Assembly: GCA_964016885.1 (NCBI GenBank)
Contig: OZ024742.1
Span: 260,338,001-260,402,000, forward strand
DNA length: 64,000 nucleotides
Direction of reading: 5' to 3'
DNA from: Eledone cirrhosa
Lineage: Eukaryota
Part shown: piece after piece, positions 51,301-62,300 of the stretch
Position numbering within the stretch: the stretch's first letter is position 1
Layout: each line of letters opens with the position of its first letter
Made by a program: the position numbers and the translations under genes
Notes under the pieces: generated by a model
What the model was told of the DNA's origin: nothing
Seen by the model: only the letters and a program-made list of their open reading frames with translations
Databases searched by the model: none

Positions 51301-53586
51301 GAAAGGGAGCTGATAGATAGAGTAGAAGAGGCAATTAGAAGCGGCGACGTGGCCAGAGTGCTAGCGACGAGAACGGCTTTGAGCCAGTTTTTCGACGTGA
51401 AGCACGAAGGCTGCGTTGTCCGAAGTAAAATACGTGCTCTAGGGAACGAGGGGACCAAAGCTGTTAGCTGGGCCTGCGTGACAGAAGCCAAGAGTGGGAT
51501 TAAATCCACCATTCAGTCTTTGCGAGACCAGGATGGACGGGTGATCCTTGAACCTAAGCAGATGTGTGAGGCCTTTCAAAGGCACTTTGCCCGATTGTTC
51601 GGAAGAGGCGGGGAGCCGGTTGGGGAAGTGGACTTCGGTCCATACCTCGACGGCCTGCCGCGTCTTTCGGACAAGGAGGCGAAGTCATGCGAGGAGCCGA
51701 TTTCAGCCGCTGAGATAGAGGACATGCTGAGTCAATGCGACAAACGCAAATCCGCGGGTCTCGATGGTCTTCCATACGAACTATATCTAGCTATGCCTGG
51801 TGGGAGATGCGCAGACATGTGCTATCCCGTCCAGGTCCATCCATGACAACCTCCACCTCATGCGATACATCATAGAGAGGGTCGGGAACGAACCCGGCTT
51901 TGGTGGGGCTCTGATCAACTTGGATCAATCTAAGGCGTTCGATAGGGTCGACCATGGTTACCTGGATGCGGTGCTAGCGTCGGCAGGCTTCGGACCCGTT
52001 TTCAGGGGCTGGATCACTGCTATGCACAGCAGCCGAATCTGCTCTAGAGTCAAGGTGAACGGCTACCTCTCGGAGCCATTCGGCACCTTACTGGAGGAGT
52101 ACGAAAGGTTCACAGGAGCTAAGCTGAACCGGGACAAGTCCATCGGTTTGCAACTCGGCACATGGAGGGGCAAACCGATGCCCTCCGATGGCGTCGTCGG
52201 ACGCTGGACGGAGGGCCCGGTGAAGTTGCTCGGGGTCTGGTTCGGACCAGACCTCCAGGTGGAGAAGAACTGGGGTGAGGTTACGTACAGGGTGTTTGCA
52301 CTGACCCAGAAGTGGGCCAGTTGCAAACTATCCCTGAAAGGTCGGCGGAGGTGGCGAATGCTTACATAGCGTCCGTCATCTACTACCGCCTGACCATCGT
52401 GCCTTGCCCAAGGGAAACCCTCGCCAAGATGGAGCGCGCACTCTTCCAATTCCTTTGGAAGAAGCGGGCTCCTTTGGTGAGGAGATCCATCTGCTGTCAA
52501 CACCCTTCGAAAGGAGGGCTGGGGATGCCGTGGCTAATGATGCGTAAACACGCATTAAGGCTACGGCACCTCCACGTATTCCTCACCGGCCAACCGGTGT
52601 GGGCCTCGTTTGTGAGACGAACCTTTCCCAGACTCGTCTCACTCACCGAGCTGCAATCCTGGGTGAAGCAAAGATCGAGAAAACTGGGCGCCTGGCACAC
52701 CGAGTGTGCCCAGGCGCTCACCGCCCTCTAGCAGGCGGACCCGGTTATCAGTGGAGACTCCACCGCAACATTCTATAGAGGGCTGGTATGCAGCAGGTGC
52801 GACGACGACCTCGGAGAAGCCCTAGACATAGAGGAAGACGAACTGGCCAGCCTGTTCGGTAGGACATTCAGCCCGGGACCTATGGACAACTTCCAAAAGT
52901 CCCTGGCCTGGCAGTGCTACCGAGGGGCTCTACCCGTTCGAGAAAAGCTCTACAGACACGGGCGTCCGGGTAGGGACCCCGCCAAAAAGATCTGTCCCAG
53001 ATGTGTGTGCGACGAGGAAACCGTTGCACACGCATTGGTACACTGCTCGGGCGTAGCCGATCTGTGGGGCTATGTCGAACGACTGCTATCACGGGTGGGA
53101 CCGATCCAGTTGACAACCGAGGTCATTGTAACGATTAAGCCGCCTCCCCCTTCAAAAATGAAGGAGAGGTGGTGTTTCTGTGCGTAATAGCCATGGGGAC
53201 GCGTCTGAAAGGACTGAGGTCAGGCACCTTTCTCTCTGGCCATCAACTGATCAGGATGAAGAGAGAGGTGCTCCACCCCAGTCGTTTTTATGAAAGGTGG
53301 GTGAAAGTGGCGAGAATGGCCCGTGTGAATGGGCTTTCTCTTTACATCAGCCTGTAGGTGGAAAAGAGGAAGGAACGAGGGAGCACCCTCTCTCTGTGCT
53401 CCTGAGGAGAAGGGGTTGCACATTTTTTTCGGGGGTGTGTGCGACCCCCCAAACGCCCCCTCCCTATTGAGGACTTTATTGTTAATTTTATATTTGTTAT
53501 TTGTTTTCTTTACTCGCCTTTTTGTGTAAACCCCCCCCCCTTGTATTTGTCCCCTTCTTTTGCGCACTAGTGGCAATAAATAGAAA
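48382..53586 (+). mobile_element. Tx1-clade copy 3, full-length ends, defective (frameshifts, stops, internal deletions)
   Basis: 5' UTR; ORF1 pieces 48591-50357 with a CCHC knuckle (CYLCGNRGHLRAAC in a shifted frame); ORF2 from ATG 50382 with APE (VGCLNACGL), RT (LINLDQSKAFDRVDH) and Cys-rich domains; ends AATAAATAGAAA-(TCTA)n. Confidence 0.93.
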
Positions 53587-53617
53587 TCTATCTATCTACC
53601 TATCTATCTACCTATCT

Positions 53618-56600
53618 TGATAGAGTGAGACACGCTTCACATCGGCTCTGCTATTCTATCGGAATTTACCCTTGCTATAGTAAGTACCAGTGAATTTTTT
53701 CAGTGCAACACATTTGGAACACTTACCCCTGTTATTTAGGGAAACATTTTTACATTCACCCCCTTTTTAGGGGGTAAAATAAATAACTATTTTTCTGTAA
53801 AACTTCTTTCTTGGCCGCATGGCGGGAAAGATGGCAGACATGTCTGCCATTAGCTCTGCCACGCCCCCCCAAATCTGAAGAAAAAAAAATGGATACAACA
53901 AAACTAGACAACGAAACAAACAAGGAAAATGAAAAGACAAATGTTACGGAAAATGAGCAAACGGAAAACAAACAAACAGAAAATAAGAATACAAAAAACA
54001 ACAAGGCAACTTTCGCCCAGACAACAAAAAGATCTATAATATATACACCTATAGACTTAACTGCCGCCAGAGAAAGACTGGCAGAAGCAAAAAAACACAT
54101 AGTCTTGGGGGAGAACGGAATGTTTTCCATTAATTCCCCCCCCCCCCCCAGAATTCAAGAAAACGAGAAATGAAAGCACTGTTCTGTTCAGAACAATCCT
54201 AAACCAAACGAGAAAGCCAGCACAGCCCAGCCAAATGGAGATAGAGTTGGTCCTAAAAGACTATATGAAGAATATTCTCTTCATACGAAAGGACCGACTC
54301 TATCACAGCATTTCGGTCTTAACAAAAGACAAAGAAACAGCACAGAGGCTTTCCCTAAGCCCACTCTCATCAACAGCATATAGCTTCTATCCCTCCTACA
54401 TGGGTAGAAGAACACAGAGAGTCAAAATACAGACAATGCTGCCCACAATGGACTTCTGGTGGGCTATTGCTGGCTTCATAGACATGGGCGAGGATACAGT
54501 GCTGTCAATGGAGATGCGTTCCTGGGAATGGGCCTCGACCTACTAGTCCAAATGAGGCCCGAAATAATAGCGCAAATCCCGGATCGCATCTGGCTGGATG
54601 ACCTCACCCCAATATATATAATTGTAGAGGGGAGAAGACCAGCATGCTATTCATGCACGGAAAGGGGACACGTTAAGGCTAACTGCCCGAATCGTATCCT
54701 CCAAAAAGGGCTATTGCCCACACCCACCACAAACAGTACACCAACACCACCCACCTCCAAAAATACACTAATACCACACACAGCAAACAAAATACAGACA
54801 CCACCAACCACAAGCACAACACAAACATCACCATCACCAGCACCAAACACAAGCACGACACAAAAATCACCACCACCATCACCAACCACAACACAAACAT
54901 CAACACCACCATCACCAACCACAAGCACAACACAAACATCACCACCACCACCACCACCACCACAAAATGCATTCCAAACAAATAATAAAAAACACAGCAA
55001 CAAATCTACCCCTCCCGCAAAAAAAAAACAACCAAACACCACGTCCCTCCCACCTAGCGCTGAAGAGTTTTCCCCCCAACTTCTGAAGAAGGAGGAGAAG
55101 CCTTCAGACAAGTTAAAAGAAAAAAACGAAAACACACACCCAGCACACCTCAACAACAAATAACCCACACACAAACACTAACTCCAATCAAAAACACCCC
55201 ACCCTCGACAAACAAAAATAAATCTGCGCCTCCCCTCTTCGAAACATTGACAGCATCACAAAAAAAGACTTTACAATACACATATATAAATAAAGAAAAC
55301 AAAAAACTGTTTAAATTAATAAACAATAGCCCGTTGGTGCAGACCGAAGGGCCAAACTTTATCTCAACAAAGAACTTCACCCATTTAAAAATGATAAAGG
55401 TCCCTCTGGACCTTTATCGTTCCTTAAAAGAACAATTTAAACAGGATGTGAGCCCCCCCCCCCCTGTTTAAAACCGTTAAATCGCGTCCTCTTGAAAGAT
55501 TTCCCCATAACCTCCCCTCTCCCTGACACAACTCCAAATACCCCAACCCCACCACACTCGGATACCCCCACACCACCACAAAACATCCCTCCACCCAACA
55601 CACCCGTCGCCATGGAAATTACACAACCCGAAGAGGTAGGTGCTTTTCTTTCTTCACTTTCAACACCAAAATAGATCAATTGAGAGTTGGCTGTTTGAAT
55701 GCACGTGGCCTGGGCTCAGCTTGGAAGCAAGCAAAACTTCTAAGTGACCTCAGGTCACGAAGTATAGATGTGATGGTTGTTTGCGAGAGTCGGATCAGCA
55801 GCGTGCGACAGCTGGCTCCCGCCTTCGTTGACTTTGAGATGCACGCATCTCTCTGTCAACCCGGAGGCAGGGGTGGGGTTGCCGTACTGCTGGATAAACG
55901 TCTGGCTCTCGACGTACAAATTGTTCACTCGGACCCGGGGGGTCGATTACTGGTGCTGGACGTCGGAGGCGGTGAAGGCGGGGCTTTCAGACTGGTCGGT
56001 CTTTATGCCCCCTTCGGGGCTGAAAGAGCCGACTTCTTCCAGTGTCTGGAGACTTTTCTAGGAACGTCGCGTTCCCTGCTTTTAGTGGGGGACTGGAATG
56101 GAATCCTAGATGCGCGTTGGGACTATGCAGGGGCATGTCCCGATAGAGGGGGGTGTAGCAGCCTCAAGGGGTTACTCGATCGATTCGACCTGGTCGATAG
56201 ATTTCGACTAGATTTTCCAACTGTGCCAACCTGGACCTTGGCAAACCGCAGTGGTCAATTTAGATCGTACCTAGATAGGTTTTTGGTTAGGAGTAAGGAT
56301 AGGGACGTATTTAGTTGTCCAGAATTGCTCATGGTTGGCTATTCAGATCACAAATTAGTGACCTGCGTTGTCAACCTTGATAGAACGTATAGACAGGGTC
56401 CCGGTTACTGGAAGATGAACTTGTCCTTGCCGGCAAAGGAAGCTTACAGGAACCGGATTAGTAGCTTAGTTAAGATGCGGTTGACGGGAGCGATCGTCAA
56501 CAGCAGGTGGTGGGTATCTCTAAAGAGAGAGATTAGAGTAAGTTCGATAGGTTACAGTAAGGAACTAGCGGCGAATAGAAATAGGAGGGAAAGGGAGTTA

Positions 56601-59320
56601 ACAGATAAACTAGAAGAGGCGATTAGGAGCGGAGACGTGGCCAGAGTGTTAGCGTCGAGAACGGCGTTGAGCCAGTTCTTTGACGCGAAGCATGAAGGCT
56701 GCGTTGTCCGAAGTAAAATATGTGCTTTAGGAAACGAGGGGACCAAAGCTGTTAGCTGGGCCCGCGTGACAGAAGCCAAGAGTGGGATTAAATCCACCAT
56801 TCGGTCTTTGCGAGACCAGGATGGACGGGTGATCCTTGAACCTGAGCGGATGTGCGAGGCCTTTCAAAGGCACTTTGCTCGACTGTTCGGAGGGGGCGGG
56901 GCGCCGGACGGGGATGTGGACTTCGGTCCATACCTCGACGGTCTACCGCGTCTTTCGAGCGGCGAAGCGGAGTGCTGCGAAAGGCCAATCACAGCCACTG
57001 AAATCGGGGAAGCGCTCAGCCAATGCAGCAGACGCAAATCTCCGGGTCTCGATGGTCTACTATACAAACTTTATTTAGCTATGCCGGTCTTGTTCTCCGA
57101 ACTCCTCGAGGCTGTCTATTGCAACTGGCAACAGAACGGGAGAATTCCCTGTTCTGTGACCAAGGGCGTAGTCACGCTAGTGAGGAAGGACGAGAGCAAG
57201 GGGGACGACTTAAGTAACTTTAGGCCCATAACTCTGCTGAATGCAGAGTTACAGATTTTGGCCAAGGTGTTGGCGAAGAGGTTGGCGCTTGTGGTGGGTG
57301 GTTTGGTGGGAGACGCGCAGACATGCGCTATCCCGTCCAGGTCCATTCACGACAACCTCCACCTCATGCAATACATCGTAGAGAGGGTTGGGAACGAACC
57401 CGGCTTTGGTGGGGCCCTGATCAACTTGGATCAATCTAAGGCGTTCGATAGGGTCGACCATGGTTACCTGGATGCGGTGCTAGCAGCGGCGGGCTTCGTG
57501 ACCGTTTTCAGCGGCTGGATTTCTGCCATGCACAGTGGCAACGTCTACTCTAGGATTAAAGTAAACGGCTACCTCTCGGAGCCGTTTCAAATCACCCGGT
57601 CCATCAGACAGGGGTGCCCCTTCTCCTCCCTTCTGTACGTATTGACTCTCGAGCCACTGCTGCGGAAGTTGGAGTTGCTGCGGGGCATACCCCTGGAACC
57701 GGGATTGCACAAAGCGGTTTCGGCCTATGCCGACAACTTGGAAATCGGGACGATCGCCACCCTACTGGAGGAATACGAAAGGCTGACGGGGGCTAGGCTG
57801 AACCGGGACAAGTCAGTCGGTTTGCAACTCGGAACATGGAGGGGCAAACCGATGCCGTTAGACGGTGTCGACGGGCGGTGGGCGGAGGGCCCGGTGAAGC
57901 TGCTCGGGGTCTGGTTCTGACCGGACCTCCAGGTGGAGAAGAATTAGGGCGAGGTGACGAGCAGGGTGTTTGCACTGACCCAGAAGTGGACCAAGTGCAA
58001 ACTATCACTGAAAGGTCGGGCAGAGGTGGCGAACGCTTACATAGCGTCCGTCATCTACTACCGCCTGACCGTCGTGCCTTTCCCCAAGGAAACACTCACC
58101 ATCATGGAGCGCATGCTCTTCCAGATCCTCTGGAAGAAGCGGCCTCCCATGGTGAGGAGATCCATCTGCTGCCAGCACCCTTCGAAAGGAGGGCTGGGTA
58201 TGCCGTGGCAGTTGATGCGTAGGCACGCATTGAGGCTACGGCATCTACAGGTATTTCTCACCGGTCAGCCGGTGTGGGCCCCGTTTGTGAGGCGAGCCTT
58301 CCCACAGCTCATCTCGCTCACCGAGCTGCAATCCTGGGTGAAGCAAAGACCGAGAAAACTGGGCAACTGGCACACCGAGTGTGCCCAGGCGCTCACGGCT
58401 CTCTGGCAAGCGGACCCGACTATCAGTGGAGAATCCACCTCGACATTCTATAGAGGGCTGGTGGCTAGCAGGGGCGACGACACCCTTGGAGAGTCGCTAG
58501 GCATGGAGGAGGACGAACTGGCCAGCCTGTTCGGTAGAACTTTCGGCCCGGGACCGATGGACAACTTACAGAGGTCCCTAGCCTGGCAGTGCTACCGGGG
58601 GGCTCTGCCCGTTCGAGAAAAGCTCTACAGACACGGGCGCCCGGGCAGGGATCCCGCGAAAAAGATCTGTCCCAGATGCGTGCGCGACGAGGAAACCGTT
58701 GCGCACGCACTGGTACACTGCCCGGGCGTTGCCAATCTGTGGGGCTACGTCGAACGACTGCTGTCGCGTGTAGTGCCGATTCGATTGACCGCCGAGTCTG
58801 TGGTGAACATCAAGCCGCCTCCTCCCTTCAGAAATGAAGCAGAGGCGGTCTTTCTGTGCGTAATAGCCATGATGAAAGAGGTTGTGTGGTGGACGCGCCT
58901 GAAAGGTCTGAGGTCTGGTGACTTTCTATCCGGCCAACACCTGGTTTACTTCTTCCGATACCACTTCGGAAGAAGGATCAGGATGGAGAGAGAAGTGCTT
59001 GGCCCCAGACAGTTTTATGAAAGGTGGGTGAAAGAAGCGAGAATGGCTCGTGTAAATGGGCCTTCTCTCTACATTGTTCTGTAGGTGAAGAAGTGAAGAG
59101 GAAAGGGGGAGCGCCTCCTCTCTGGGCTTCCCCCGCGAAAAGGGTTGCACACTTTTCGGGGGTATGTGCAATCCCCAACACGCCCCCTCCCTTTTGAGGA
59201 CTTTTTATTATTATATTATTCTTATTGTTATGCCTTTTTCTTTACTCGCATTTATGTAAACTCCCCCCCCCCCCTGTGTATTTGTCCCTTTCTCTTGTGC
59301 CCTAGTGGCAAATAAAGAAA
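53618..59320 (+). mobile_element. Tx1-clade copy 4, full-length ends, defective
   Basis: ORF1 pieces 53811-55640 (CYSCTERGHVKANC); ORF2 55680-59084; ends AAATAAAGAAA-(TATC)n. Confidence 0.95.
55680..59084 (+). pseudogene. ORF2 of copy 4: AP endonuclease, reverse transcriptase and C-terminal zinc finger
   Basis: LVGDWN, SYLDRF, YSDHKL (APE); KSPGLDGL, FRPITLLN, DQSKAFDRV, IRQGCP (RT). YADD is changed to YADN with an adjacent deletion, and there are in-frame stops at 57918-57920 and ~57944-57946. Confidence 0.9.
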
Positions 59321-59344
59321 TATATCTATCTGTCTATCTATCTA

Positions 59345-62300
59345 TAAGCAACACCAACCAGAACAACAACAACAACAATAATGACAACAAGAACAACAAC
59401 AGCAACAATGATAACAACACCACCACCAACAACAACAACAACACCACCAACAACAGCAGCAACACGAACAACTCTACGAACAAGGAAAAGATTTCTTTTG
59501 CTCAAACCGTCCAAAAGACGGAACTGTTCACATACCTTGACATTTCCAATGCTAGGGAAATGTTAAGCGATGCAAAACAGTATGTAACTTTTGGTGAGAG
59601 TGGTGCTTTCAGCATCACTTCTCCTCAACAGTTACGCAGAGAAACTGTTCTAAAAACAGTAATTTTTAGGACGGTTTCAAATGTGTCGAAAAAACCAGTT
59701 CAGTTATGCCAAAACGATATTGAACTGGTTTTGAAGAATTCCATGAAGGATGTTGCCTTCATCCAAAAAGGGAAACTTTTTGGAAGCATTTCGGTATTGT
59801 TGAAAGACCAATTGACAGCACAAAAATATTCTGTATCGCCGATTGTGTCCCCCATTTACACCCTTTTCCCCACATATATGGGAAAAAGAACTAAAAAAAT
59901 AAAAAATTCGAACATTGCCCCAAATATAAACGTCTGGTGGATTTTAACTGGCTTCATCGATTTCGACGAAGACACCATCATTTCGGTGGGAAAGTCCTCC
60001 AGAGGCACATTCAATGGTACAAGCATGGAAGTTCTGGTCCAAATGAGGCCAGAACGGATAGCTAAAATACCCCAACGTGTGCCTCTGGATGGAATTTCAC
60101 ACATAAACATTTCTGTTGAGGGTAGGCGGCCTTCATGTTACCACTGTTTAAGCAGTGGTCACCTGAAGGCTTACTGTCCTCAGTTAACTAAAAAAAAAAA
60201 AGAGGCACTACTGCCAACACCCAAAACAACAACACAACCACCACCACAACAATAACAACAACAACACGCAAACACAACCAAAACAAGAACAACAAACCAA
60301 CCTGCAAGCACAGTCCCACCCAACCCCACTCCACCTAAAACCACTGCAAAAACACTCACAAACACAACAGCTCCCCAAAACATACCCCTTCCAAATAACA
60401 CAGACACCACAACGGACGTTGTGATGTGAGGGAGAGCATCTCCGTTCGAAAAGAAAAAAGAAAAGACACCACAAGAACAAAAAAACAACAAACATCACTA
60501 CAAACATACAACCACCAACACAAACAACACAAACATTACAAACAAAACCCCCCCGTTCCGAAAACAAAACCATGACATCACTCCAAACACAAACACCTAC
60601 AACAAAACGAAAGCTCCCACAAAAACAGCAGACAAAAACCACCGCAACACAAGAACATTACACATACATAAATAGTAAAAACAAAACTTTAATGGAGGCC
60701 ATCTCCAACGACCCTTCGGTGAAAACCGAAGGGAAAACTTTTTCGAACTGTGTAGACAAACCTAATTTAAAGATGATTAGGGTCCCTATGGACACCTATA
60801 AGTCTTTAAAGGAAAACTTTCCTAAGGACGTGGGTAATCCTTGTGTTAAACCCATTAAGCGCGTCCTTTTAAAAAGTTTCCCCACCCTCACCCCAGACAC
60901 CCCCACCCCACCAAACATCTCCGTCCCCACCCCGCCGAAAACCACCACCCACCCAGACAACTCCTCTAACACCCCTATGGAAACCGTGCGGCCTGATCCC
61001 CGGGAGACGAAGAGGTGAGTGTTTTCTCTTTTAACTTTTCAGAACCAACATGGCCAATATAAGAGTTGGGTGTGTGAACGTTAGCGGCCTGGGGATGCCC
61101 TGGAAACAGGGCAAACTCTTAAACGACCTCAGGTCGCACAGTATGGATGTAGTAGCCATTTGCGAGTCCAGGATCCACAGCGAGCGACAGCTGGCCTCCA
61201 TCTTCGATGACTTTGAGATCTACGCATCTCTCTGTCAGCCGGGTGGTGGGGGCGGAGTTGCCGTTTTGCTGCGCAAACACCTGGGCCTCGTAACACAAAC
61301 AGTACATCTGGACCCGGAGGGTCGACTGGTGGTCCTAGACGTTGACGGTAGTGAAGGTGGAGCCTTCAGGCTGGTGGCTGCATATGCCTCATCCGGGACA
61401 CCGCGGCCAGACTTCTTCAAACGTCTAGAGACTTTTCTGGGAATGTCCCGCTCCTTGCTTTTAGTAGGGGACTGGAATGGAATCCTAGATGCACGTTGGG
61501 ATTATGTGGGAGTATGTCCCGATAAAGGGGGGTGTAACATCCTCAAACAGTTAATCGGCCGATTTGACCTGGCCGATAGATATCGACTAGATTTTCCGAC
61601 TGTGCCACTGTGGACGTGGACTAATCACAGCGGAACATCTAGATCGTACCTAGATAGGGTTCTAGTTAGAAATAAGGATAGGGACATGTTAAGCTGTCCA
61701 CAAATGTTCATGGTTGCCTATTCAGATCACAAACTAGTGACCTGCATGGTCAACCTTGATAGAACCCATAAACAAGGACCCGGCTACTGGAAGCTGAACT
61801 TGTCGTTACCGATATGCAAAGTCTACAGTAGACGGATTAGCACTTTAGTTAAACACCACTTGACAGGGGCCATGGTCAACAACAGATGGTGGTACTCTCT
61901 CAAAAGGGCAGTTAGATTAGACTCGTTAGTTTTTAGTAAAGAATTAGCGTTAGATAGAAATAGAACCGAGAAAGAACTGGTAGATAAAGTAGAAGAGGCA
62001 ATTAGAAGTGGCAACGTAGCCAGCATGCTAGCAATGAGAACGGCCTTGGACCAGTTCTTCGACGCAAAGCATGAGAGCTGCGTTGTCAGAAGCAAAATAC
62101 GTGCTCTGGGAAATGAGGGAGCCAAAGCTGTTAGCTGGGCCCGAGTGATGGAGGTAAAAAGTGGCAACAAGTCCACGATTAGGTCTTTGAAGGACCAAAA
62201 CGAACGCGTGATACGTAAGCCAAAGCAGATGCGTGCGGCCTTTCAGCGGCACTTTGCTCAGCTGTCCGGGAGGGGCTATGGATTTCGGTCCATACCTTGA

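Noticed and set aside
59305-59344. Start of the 316-aa ORF1 at 59305
   Set aside because: These codons are the copy 4 3' end and TCTA spacer read in frame by chance into the truncated ORF1 of copy 5.
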